Shown here: positions 1-11,421 of the stretch, one piece after another
How the letters are laid out: each line of letters opens with the position of its first letter
Position numbering within the stretch: position 1 is the stretch's first letter
Notes under the pieces: model-generated
Told to the model about the DNA's origin: nothing
Database searches by the model: none
Seen by the model: the letters and a program-made list of their open reading frames with translations, nothing else
Assembly (NCBI GenBank): GCA_000934665.2
Contig: JYFJ02003266.1
Coordinates: forward strand, 1-44,167
Direction of reading: 5' to 3'
Origin: Catajapyx aquilonaris
Taxonomy: Eukaryota
Length of the DNA: 44,167 nt
Position numbers and translations under genes: made by a program

Positions 1-560
1 AGGATCTTAGTAAGTCTTAGTAAGTGTCACTAACAAGTAAGGGTGGAATTTTCATCCCACTGCTAGTTACTGCAGTATCAGTGCCAACACTGGTACTGCT
101 AAGTTAGCAGTAACAAAATTCCACCCTAACACTAAGTCTTAGTATTAGTGTCACTGGCAAGTAAGTCTTAGTGTCACTAACAAGTGTTACTAAGTCTTAG
201 TGTCACTAACAAGTGTTACTAAGTGTCGCAGTCTTAGTAAGTCTAAGTGTCATTAGCAAGTAGTTTAGTAACACTAAGACTAGTGACACTTACTAAGTGT
301 CACTTACTAAGTGTCACTAAGACTAGTGACACTTACTAAGTGTCACTAAGACTAGTGACACTTACTAAGTGTCACTTACTAAGTGTCATTAGCAAGTAGT
401 TTAGTAACACTTACTTGCTAGTGACACTAAGACTAGTAACACTTACTAAGCGTCACTAAGTCTAAGTAAGTCTTAGTAAGTGTCATTAGCAAGTAGTTTA
501 GTAACACTTACTTGCTAGTGACACTAAGACTAGTAACACTTACTAAGTCTTGGTAAGTCT
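1..560. repeat. Low-complexity satellite-like array of short ACTAAG/AGTGTCACT/CTTAGT motifs in both orientations
   Basis: Dense reuse of actaag, agtgtcacta and tagtgacact. Exact 71-bp duplication at 380-450 and 477-547. Confidence 0.85.
41..126. mobile_element. Tiny PIF/Harbinger (Tourist-like) MITE
   Basis: 12-bp perfect TIR GGGTGGAATTTT (41-52) / AAAATTCCACCC (115-126), flanked by TAA (38-40) and TAA (127-129), the 3-bp TWA TSD typical of PIF/Harbinger. Confidence 0.55.
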
Positions 561-1580
561 TTCTAAGACCTTTTCCCTGAGAAGACCATGGTCTAGACCA
601 GGTTCCTGGCCCGTTTAAATGCCTGGAATTTGGCGAATAAATGCGAGAAATCGCATGTTCATTCCGCCGAATAACTCCCCGCACGCGCGCGAATTTTTCT
701 CGGCCTGCTTAACCACCCTGAAGAAGCGTCTTGGTAATGAAACACCGGAGCTTGCATTCGACACACTTTTTCCGCAAGGCCGAGCTCATTAGCTCCGTGC
801 TCACTTCGGACCAATCCGACGGAAAATTGGGCGACCAAAAAGCCACACGAGACTTTTTTTTCGCAAATTTCCACTCCATTTGCCAGATGATTTCTCCGTA
901 GACCAGAGAAAACGCATATATGCAAATCCGGCCCGTTACAAACATACGTGCGTGCCTGTACATTAAAGTAGGTCTTGCACCTGCCGAAATAAATTGACGG
1001 GCTGGTATGCCACGGGTGTCAATTACCTCATGAGAAGGTCGTTCCTTAACCAGGAAACTGCAGCACATTGTTCTGTGCGCAAGGTCGACGCGAATAAATT
1101 GCCATGCTTTTTTTTCCCCCCTTAAACAAGATATGGGCCTGCCCTTACTTTCACCTAGTTGGCCACAAGAACCATTTGAAAAAGAGACATGGGTGCGCAA
1201 AAATGGAAGCCGCAGAAATTCGCAAAGAGGAAAAAGAGGATTACGAAGCCGCTCGAGTGTGGCTTCATTTTTCACCTGGCTTCATTTTTAGGTTGCCGAC
1301 AACAAACGAGGACAATAAATTGTTATCCGTTGCATATGCTGCGAAAATATACTGCACACCTGCTGATATGGGAGAGTTCCGCATGTTAATGCAACCGTAA
1401 CACCCCAAAAAAACAACTGGAGGCGCTATATTTTCCTTTTATCTTAGCCAATATTAGTTTCGAAAAAATTGCTCAATCGTAAGTGATGCGAAAAATTGCA
1501 CATTTCGTACGTGTTTGGCTGGATTTCCATCGACTTCCTAACAACATTTCGGTTGACAAATTTCCGCACTAAGCTGAGTA

Positions 1581-1910
1581 CTAGCAGAGGAGTCCGTTCT
1601 TCGCACGGCCTGTACAAGTACAATCAATCGTTGTTTTTTTTGATGCCATGGTAATCCATTGCCATGGACTATAAGAAGCAAACAAACTTCCCTTCACATT
1701 ATTTAAGCAAGATAAGACGTCAGGGGGGGAAACCCCCCTATTTTTGGTATTTCGACTCCAAAAACTGCGGTTTTCGGAATTTTCCCGGAATCAGCGGCAA
1801 TCAGTGTGGTTAGTTTCATCACTCTCTGTAGTCTGGAAGTGGGTTAGGCAACCCGAACAAACACACATGCATACCGTACCAACAAACTTTCCCGTTTATA
1901 CTATAATAGA
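1581..1910 (-). mobile_element. Non-autonomous Helitron (330 bp)
   Basis: Minus strand starts TCTATTATAGTATAAACGGGAAAGTTTGTT and ends CCGTGCGAAGAACGG (hairpin)...GCTAG. Inserted between A and T with no TSD, matching canonical Helitron termini. Confidence 0.75.
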
Positions 1911-2173
1911 TTATAGCTGCTACATTTTAAACACGCTCTTTAGTGCCACTGTATCCACCGGACGTGTCACACTTTCTGCAGAATCCATAAGACTTTCCCG
2001 GATACATCTTTGGGAACCCCAAAAACTGAACGACTTACGACTCTACAACCGCATTTCTTGCACTGCCCTTTCTCCTTGGTCATCCTCGGCAAGTCTTCCC
2101 AAGAACCAAACTGATGGGAATGTCGGCCGTTCGTACCACCACAACCACCGAGTCGCTCCTCGGACCGATGCAC

Positions 2174-2890
2174 CTTATTGGAGGCAGCGTCCCTCCTTGT
2201 CTGATGATGGGTGCCGTTGACCAGTGGACCTTCTCTGATGGGCCTTCTTCCTCGTTCTGCTGGGCTTGAGTTGCCACTGCTGCTGGTTGACGATGGAGGC
2301 GACGGTGCCTTCGGAGGTTTTGGTTGTCGTTTGGTCTTGAGGGCGATTGGAAGCGTCGGTGGTGGTGGTGGTGGAGGGGGTGGAGGTGGAGGAGGCGGGG
2401 GTGGAGGAGGTGGTGGCGGTGGCGGTGGTGCTGCAGGAGGCGACGGTGGATCCGACGTCGGCGACGACTGCGGCGACGACGACCCGCCCATTCTAGATCC
2501 ATACCCATCGTCGTTCACCATCAACAACTGCTGTTTGTGGTTGCACTTTTGTCGCTCTTGGGTGTGTATGACCAGGGGCGAACCCTGGGGCGACCTCCGG
2601 GCCGTGTGGTGGTAGTAATCCTCCATCGGGTGCAGATGTGGATGCGGAGGATGGTTATGGTGGTGGCAAGGATGGACCAGCATCGGAGGAGGCGGAGGTC
2701 CTCTCGGGTACATATGATGATGAGTCGGACAGCAACAATGGTGCGGCGGAAGATAAAACGGAGGCGGAGGAGGCAAAGGCGGCGGCAACAATGGTGCTTC
2801 CAGCCTCCACAGCTTATTCTTCTTCATGTCGTTCTTCTCAATCCGAATCAACGCCGGATGCCTCGGCCGGATCAACTGCAACGTGTTCAT
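2174..2890 (-). CDS. Pro/His-rich coding exon, probable alternative first exon of WDR47 (ORF stays open to 1967 if unspliced)
   Basis: GC-rich ORF with an in-frame stop upstream of the ATG at 2890, poly-Pro runs written in mixed codons, and a phase-0 donor AAG|gtgcat at 2174/2173. Assignment to WDR47 is inference. Confidence 0.5.
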
Positions 2891-5800
2891 CCTCAACACT
2901 GCAGACCACTGGTCAATTCCTCCACTTCAACTGAAGACAACTCTTTCCTCGAGACCGCGGATGGCAAGTGGCCACTTTTTCCCCAAGCCAAACTTTCCAA
3001 CACTGCTTAACCTGACAGGTGCCTCGCGCGACTCTTTTCTTTATTCTACCCCCACACCATTCCCAAGTCCTCCTATCCAGTCTAGCTTGACCTAGAAAGG
3101 CTCTCAACCACTCCATGACCACTCCTCCCCCTCCCGTGCTCCATTCTAAGCTTCCGTGCTCCTAAGAAAGAAAAAAAATCTTTTAAGAGTCCATGTCCAC
3201 CTTTTGCCGCCCCCAATCGCAAGGACACCTTCAAAAAACTATCTCTTTTCCAGGCCGCATATAAAAATTCCCGTGCAGTCTGAAACGACCTTACTTTATT
3301 GCCCCTCGCTGTGGGAAACATTGAGGTCGTTTACTCATTGATTACTATAGAGAATGTTTTCCGGCTAGTTTGCCATTTTGGGCAACATGTCCAATATCTG
3401 CCCAATATTCGCAATGGGTCCTGCTGTGTATCCAAATAGCTTCATCTAAACAATAAGTTTTTCCTCCCCATACACGAATTCAATTTGGGAAGTTTTTTTT
3501 CCCTTCCATTCTGCAGTCATTAGTGTCAACCCCTGTGTTGAATTTTGCATGATAAAGAGCCCACTTTTTTGCAAGAAACTGCTGTGTTTTTTCATCCACA
3601 GGCTTCTTCGTGACTGGGGAGCAAGAATGAGGACGATCTCCTGACAATAGCGGACTCACGTCAGAGGCATTCTTGGGAATTTTTTTGACAGGAAGATGAG
3701 GTAAGTTTTCTTGTGCATCGCTTTGTCACAAAAGATAAGGAGGAAGCAGCCTGTAAACCAAAGCATATACCCCCCACCATGCTAGCAAAAAGCCAACAGG
3801 ACGTTTGCCTTTACTGTACTACCTGGATCCTTCATGCTGGGTAGAAAGTTGTGAGAAAATACTGTACGGTAACGTACTTTCTTCCATGAACAGACCAAGA
3901 GGCCAGAAAAAAATGTTATTTTTTTTTCTTTCCACCGGAACCGACAAGGGTGATCTTCCTACAGTATCATGCATGTCTCTTCCGCATAGGAAATGCAAGG
4001 ATATACAGGGCGGTATAATAGATTAGATAGCGATCAAATTACTACACACTGTGAGGAGGAACAGCACAATATTGTAATGTTTACCAACACGGGAAGCTTT
4101 TCCTATTAATTTGAAGCCTCCTTACATGTATAAGGTGATGCACGGCCCAAGTCTTCAGTCAAAGGTTCTATCAGCAAGTGTAATCATTAAGTGAATATTG
4201 TTTTTTCCATAATTATTTTGAGTGTGTTTCACTCGTTCTAGCAATCATTCACTTTGAGCGAAAAATAATGAGCGACTTCGATTTGTGTCAACATTTTGCT
4301 GAAATTGGCGTTATTTCATAATTTCTTCTGAAAAACATGCTAGAGTACTTCAACTCGCACATAAATTGTCAAAATTACTGACGAGCAAACTGCTGGTTGC
4401 CAGACAATATGCAACTTCTTCCCCTTTACTTCCTTCTTGAATTGTACGTCCACGTATAACACGTAATACGTGTTATAACACATCTCCGTACAAATCGTTG
4501 CATGACTTCACAATTTCCGGAAGAACCTACAGCAAATATCTTCTGCAATTAGACCAGGAGCAGATAGACACATGCAAATAGCCGTGACGCAGCTATTTCA
4601 ATGGAATGTGAGAGCAGCAAGCATTTCAAAGCATATTTTCTTAGACTTCTCTTATCGCAGTTGGTTCGTGTCATATGGTCTGTATACTGTACAGTATAAA
4701 CGGTGCCGGCGCCGCTTGTTACGTCGTTGGGAGAAAGTAATTACAAGCCTGGTTCTGAAGTTGTAACAACTTTAAAAACCGTCACGGATGGGCTAGCTGT
4801 GGGCCTATACAGTCTGGTTTTCCTTTTAATTAACCTAAACCGAGATCTTGTTTTTCCCCCCCTCTCCCGGAAACCGGCGATTTAGCTCAAGCCGCACTTG
4901 GCTGCAGATAAGACCGCTTTTAAAGTGTTCTGTCGGCTTAAAAGAACGTGAAATTCGCGATAGGTTGTCTTTAATATCCACTCCCAATTTTCCACTTTCC
5001 AGGCCCGAAGCCAATTACCCAGGGGGGTGACGCAACGAATTGCCGGAACTGGACCCCGCCTTCATGAAATGACCGAAAAGACAATCAACAGTGTTTGTTC
5101 ATTGCAACTAACCTTGATAGGCTTTGCAATAATTACCTCGAGTACAACCTGCTCTAATGCCCGGAAATTTCAACAACAAATCGACAATAGCTTTGAGGAT
5201 TTCTCGCAAAATTAATTAATTTAAAGCTTCAAATGGTATTCCATTGCTGTCATTTACTACGTCGCAATAACAATGCTAAAGAAATGTTATTCCACTTGGA
5301 TCTGTTCAAAATCAGAGCATAAGTATGTAAATAATTATTAATTAAAATAATGAAGCTCGTTTACTCTGCAAGTCCACTTCCAGGAGTACGACTTTGTATG
5401 AAACAGATAACGTAAGTTGGGTTTTAACATACAAATAATACCGTATCTTTTCAGTATAACTGACAGCCGAAGCTGGCCGGCAGAACCAGCCATAACAACT
5501 CTTCTATCAGACAACTTCTTAGTGGTCAAGCGCATTCCAGACACTCGACTTTCCCATCAAGCGACAAGCACGCATGTTCTTGCTAACCAGGTTTTACATT
5601 CCACTCTACCACATGCATGGAGAAGAATGACAAAAAAATAGGGAGCTTTTTGCCCATTGAGGTCAAGGATAACATACACCGAATGGCGACACGGTGTGGT
5701 GACCCCGCGAATAATCACGTCCATGGAAGTGTACCTGATGCCAGCAGGTACTACCTTCCTATATAATGCTTTCTCCATCGTTCGTGTAAGCGTGAAGCGA

Positions 5801-7691
5801 TGTCCAGTGGCCAGTCTGATCCAGGTCTCAGCCTCGATACCGACTTTCTGAGAAGGTTACAAAAGTTTAATGCCATGGTCAAGCTCTCTTTTTATGAGTG
5901 CCCCGTCACGTATACCCTGACTCATGGACCACCCTCCCCAAAAGCCCCTGCGCAGAATCATGGTCAAAAAATAAAATGTGACACAAGTGTGCTCAGGACA
6001 TGAAACGAACCGGTCTTGAAGAGATACCCTATACCTTCCGCAACGTTTTCGTGCTTGAACTATCAAAACGATAAATCCTCCAGTTATTAAAAACGCCTTT
6101 CATATACACCGCAGATTAAAAAAATAACATTAAAACTCGCACAATGAGCACTGCACTTGCCGGAAAATGACCGCGATAACCTCTTATTAGTCGCAATTTC
6201 GCAGAATTAAATGGAGCACAATGCACATCCTTTGAAAGTGTCCAACATAATTGACGCCATTAACTCCGAGATAATACCCGGAAGTTGGCAGATATGACAG
6301 GTTTTGTTCCCCCCCCCCCTCCCCCCTTATGATTTTATTAAACGATGCAAAAATCAGGTATAATGTGCGAGAGAAGCACCGCATAGTAAAAATTCCGCGC
6401 AAACTTTCACACACAACAAAAACTATGATTATGAAGAGGGAAGCGTGCAATTTTTTTTTTGCACCAATGTGACGTGATATCCTACGCATTTGCGAAACGT
6501 GACTGGTAGGCGGCAAGCGGAAAGGTCAATGGACTGTTTCTCACACCACCTGCTCTTCAGTATATTAATCGTGGCATCGCCAAAAAAATATGGCCAGAAG
6601 GATAACCGTGTAAAAAAATAAGAGCATATGGCGAAACCGTTATGCTTCGATTTTTTATATCGCGGTTGACTGCATACCGCCAATTACCATCAACATATCG
6701 AATCGAAAATTTCGACGCTATTCGCAACATGCTGATCTATATATTTTCCAAAGTGGGCCGCGAAAGTCTAGCATCGGGCACTAAAATAAGTGCAAGTGCA
6801 ATTAAAACTTACTTTCGCCCACATGCAATTAAGGATGATACGCAAAGATCGTGAAACCATAACAGATATCCTCTTGCGTGAATATAAAGGGGTCCTTTTC
6901 ATTGCAATAAAAATAACTTTCGCGAGTCGCAACTGACGTCTTCTTTGTCGGCTTCTTTTCCAAGGATGCCGCTCATGCCTTCCATTGATTGCATTCCAGG
7001 GATGGAAAACATCGAAGCGGAACACACAACACTTATGGAGCGATGACGTTGATAATTCGAAAGTTATGCAACCTTGCCATACGATCACAGTGGGCTTGTT
7101 TGTTCCGATACATTTCGTGTAGGCTACCGGTTGACATTGACGCCTCCAAAATGAGAGAAAAGTAAGTGCGTACACCTTGCTATACATTCACTTAGACGCA
7201 ATTTCTCTCCGTACGTAACGTATATGCTGTCAATATTGTGTCATAAGTCTTTTACACACGGGAGCAAGGTCGTACCGCACCCCATGTGAAGATGCCTATA
7301 TCAAAAAGGCTTATAATAGTTTGTAAACGCATCAACAAGGGAGTCTCCCCCACACAAATCCTCTCATCATCACCCCACCCATCTTCATGGCTTCGGTGTC
7401 CTCCTTACGACCTTTTCCTTCTTTGGGACTATGGTGGCCGCACGTGGGACGACCCACATTTTTTTCATGTTTGTTTTGCTCATCTTCTAGGCACCGATTA
7501 TCTCGCCACGTACACATCCTTATATACGCAAATTACAGTGCCGTGAAATGTGATATGACAAATAAGGCTTCGAATCCTCGTCATCACCAGGCGGAGATTG
7601 TTTGTAACGCCTGTCATGCAATATTATGGTAATTGATTTTCAAGAAGCATGCAACTACTTCAGTTGATTTAACCAAACACACAGAAAAAAT

Positions 7692-7915
7692 GAGGGGCCT
7701 GAGCTCAAAAAACGGCTAAGTCAACTTGGAAAAACTGGTCGAAAAATGAGTAAAAACTTATGATTACAATTTTGAACCTTTTTACGTCAATATGTCGCCT
7801 CAGTTCAGCTACATACAGAAATGTCCAATTAATACCCAATGACATTAAAATACTGCAGCATTTGTGTTACACCCGCCAAAAGTGGTTTTGGCCGTTTTTG
7901 ATCTCAGACCCCCTC
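7692..7915. mobile_element. Sola-like MITE
   Basis: Imperfect ~27-bp TIR: GAGGGGCCTGAGCTCAAAAAACGGC versus the reverse complement of the right end, GAGGGGGTCTGAGATCAAAAACGGC. 4-bp TSD AAAT at 7688-7691 and 7916-7919; GAG termini. Confidence 0.6.
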
Positions 7916-8278
7916 AAATATTCGAAGCACGTTTTATGGTAAAAAAATGATTGTCATCCACAAACCCTTGGTGCAATTAATTATAATTAGAGAAAATGTT
8001 GCAAAATGCTGAAAATAATTAGGAAACTTTTCCCAGGCATCTTAATTCCCCCCCCCCCCCNCCCCCCCCCCCCCCACACAAATATGCGAGCAACATCTCT
8101 GTATTAAAAAAAAGAAATTAATCTCCGGGGCCAGCTCATGCGAACGTCACTTTCGCATTTTGCCATTCACTTTCCGCGAAACGCATGGCCGACATGACGC
8201 CATCCTTTGCGGTCACCTACACCGTACACGGTACAATTCAAAGCGTCCCCCATATAAATGAAGATGACGGTATCTCAC

Positions 8279-8860
8279 CACATCTGCGGTTTTGCATCCT
8301 GCCTCCATCTCCTCCTCTTCCTCGATGACAATATCCGGAGGACACCCGGTGCTTGAAGAGGAATCCCTGCGGAGATTTTCCAGAGAATCCTGCGAGAATG
8401 TTGATAGCCGACGTGGAACCCCGCCATTCTTGGAGTCCCTCCTGAGGCTCTCGGCCAGATAAGTGTTGAGCGACTCTCGTCTGATGCCTCCGTTGCTGTC
8501 CTTCCTGGTGCTTCCGTTGCTGTCCTTCCTGGCGCTTCCGTTGCTGTCTCTTCGTCCTGGAAGCGAGCTCCTCCTCGGGTCAGGGTTCGAATCCCGTCTC
8601 AGCATATTGGCCCAGAAGAATCCTCCAGAAGCTGCTGTCGGACTGTTGGAGCTGCTGCTGGCCACGCTCGAGGTCGACCCTCGACGCGATCCGGACGCGC
8701 TCAGACCAGGAGATGACCCTCGACGCTGACCATTATGCTGCTGGCAAGACTTGGGATCCGTCTTGCTATGCACAGTCAGCAGATGGCTCGTCTTCTGCGC
8801 CACCTTCAGGTCGTGGAACATGGACTCCAGCTTCCTAATGGCTCCTGAGGAATCCGCCAT
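8279..8860 (-). CDS. RRxS-rich coding exon (194 aa), probable alternative first exon of WDR47
   Basis: ATG in good context (gacATGG) at 8860, GC-rich open frame, phase-0 donor GTG|gtgaga at 8279/8278. Lies on the WDR47 strand, downstream of its N-terminal exons. Confidence 0.65.
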
Positions 8861-11421
8861 GTCCGCTCTAGGTTGGAGGTGATGTCCGAATGCCCGGAGT
8901 ACCGGTTATGTCACAGCAGGAATCGAGGCTGAACTCATGTGGCACACACCACACTTGCCCACTTAGCCAGCTAGCTCGTAACTATCGCGTAAGGAAGACA
9001 TACGTGTTCGAGCAACCCCCACCACCACCAGCCTCTCCTCCTTAATGCCTTCTTCGGCCTCCACTCCTACACACACACGGGGCCGAACCCAACCCATATT
9101 GGGTCAAGCTGGTGATTCAATCCAGCCAACCAGAGAACGCCGACGGATAACACGAGTGTCAAAAACGCAGCTTACCCCCACTACAAACTTGTTAAAAAAA
9201 AAGAGGCTCTTCCACGAAGACGGAAAAAAATGAGTCATCTTATGCTATGCTTGTCTAAGGGCCATTAACGGTGAATATTTCAGCTTAACGGATTTGTCGT
9301 GTTTGTAGATATTCTTGGGACACACACAAGGCGGCCTTCGATGCAATTTATGGGGCGTCAACCCCACCCAATTCTAAAGTGGTGGTTCCACCCTATTGTC
9401 ACGCGTGTAAAATTAAATAGCTCCTTAAAAAAAAACCCATAGGTATGCGCATAGAGCTATACGTAGGCTGCTGCAGGACACAGCTATTTTCTCCACCTGC
9501 TGCCAATTTCAGTGACTGATACCCTGTTTCACCTACGCAGACATGCTCAACCGGCTAATTGTCCGACTAATTGCAAAATGACCAACTTGTACCAGCCCCC
9601 TTGTAATGAGCCCCTAATAAATTGAAAACAGCAAAATGGAACGAAGCCAAACTTCCCAGGCCATATCCGGCCGCAGATATAAATCGGTCAGATTAATTAA
9701 GATTCCGGCTCCATGCTATTTTAATGCGTTTTCTTAAGGTACGAAGATTTATGCTCCAGACCGAGATCAGCCGAATACATCAAAGAGACGCGTCTGTATA
9801 AATATCTGTATATGGACTGCACGATTGTACATTGTATTCGTAATATGTATTGCAAGAAATTGATTGCATCTTGTGAGTCACAGCCAACGTTCATTATAAG
9901 AAAGATGAACCATGTATTCGCACAAATATTGGCAGAAACCATTAAAATCGCGACTCTTAATTTTTCATTTACCTTCTGAGTCGCATGTAAGGCAGCACCT
10001 CACGATAGCCCATGACCGACATAGATAACGTGTCACTCGACCCAGCGCAGTATGGGCGTGAAGGCTGCAAGAAACAAGCCTGGCTGCGTATCTAAAGAAT
10101 CAATCACATGTCCAGAAATGTCAGTTGTTTTGAAAGAGAAAACCTGTCATGGGCACGTAACATACGTCCCAATCACCTTGACCCCATTGAAAAAAGGCAT
10201 TCTGCGGATGAGAAATAAATCCCACGGCTGCCTTGGCTTAGGTTATGGCCTGAAGAGGACAACCTTTCACTCGACCTTTGCCTTGACTGCACACACCTTC
10301 CAAAAACTGGAACCGACGACCTTCCGTTTTTCGAGCTTCTCATGACCCGCTTTCGCACCTTCGACACCAATTTTTACGGAGGAAACCGCAACAGGGGCCA
10401 TTGACATTCTGTATAGAAAAACATAATAATTTCGGCTCCATCACGAGTGTAACCATGATGCTTGATACCTGTTATTGATAACGGGAGAATAGAATCTTCA
10501 AAACACCCCCCAAGCCAAGATGAACGTACCTGGCTATTACCACCCAAAAAATTACCGTGCAAATTTTTCCGTGCACAGATCGGATGTTTGTTTGAGGTCA
10601 TGACCAGGACCATGGCCTTCGCATCGTATATGCATCTCGTCTCGTTATGTTAAACCGACCGCTTTGAGGTCACAAGGATGTGGCCCAAGACTTGGCTGCT
10701 ATTGAAACGAAGGATGAGACAGCACATGCAATCAGGCAGGCATTTAGGGTGTTACGCTCAGAGCTACTGTAAAATAAGGAGTGAAATTATTCCTGGCAGG
10801 GTGAGAGCTACCTTACGTGCCAGCATAACACGACAAAAAAAGGAGCAGTACATAATGCTGCTTGAGAGCAGATGAGTGAGCTCACTGACCCCATCAATCA
10901 CCTGATGGCAAAAGCAGGAAGGGGTGCCTTGAATGGCATCTTCTGAGCTGGCCTAAATTACTTTCATTAGAAAGTCTTCAACATCGGGACAGACTGTTTT
11001 GTTTCTTCCATTCATCACCTGGGGGGCCTCCCTTCCACATTGTCAGAAACACAGAGACTGATTTAGTTATTGCATGAAGGATGAACAACTTTCTGAGCAC
11101 CCACAGCCTTCCTAAGAGCGCCTCGTAACAAAGGTGTGCATTTCTAAATTCCGTTGGACAAGCTCCTACCTCGAGTTATAAATATAGCAAAATGCCAATT
11201 TGGTGATTTTCATATGAATGGAGCGTTGTTTGCGATTGTCCAAGCCATTGTGAACGCCCAAGCTGCAGACAATATAAAGCTTCATGGCTGGAAGGCCACA
11301 ATTGACAAGCGAAAACTGTGGCCCTCCCTTATAATTTTGGGAGTTGGCCGGAAAGAACAGAGAATGAGGGAGTGGGGGGAAAATGTAAAGGCCACTTTGT
11401 TGCAAAAGAAACAGGCCCTAC

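Noticed and set aside
1..560. Telomeric repeat
   Set aside because: Motifs are TTAGT-based and mixed in orientation, not (TTAGG)n.
659..1400. Overlapping ORFs of 66-188 aa
   Set aside because: No recognisable domain or splice-consistent structure.
2211..3010. Plus-strand Gly-rich and Arg/Trp-rich ORFs
   Set aside because: Antisense shadows of the polyproline exon.
8047..8074. Poly-C tract as a G-quadruplex element (also 20350-20370)
   Set aside because: Each contains an N, so these are assembly joins of unknown length.
10902..11262. Three small AG..GT-bounded candidate WDR47 cassette exons (11262-11170, ~11047-11009, 10952-10902)
   Set aside because: Their plausible frames are phase 2 while the preceding exon exits in phase 0. 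Unresolved without RNA data.
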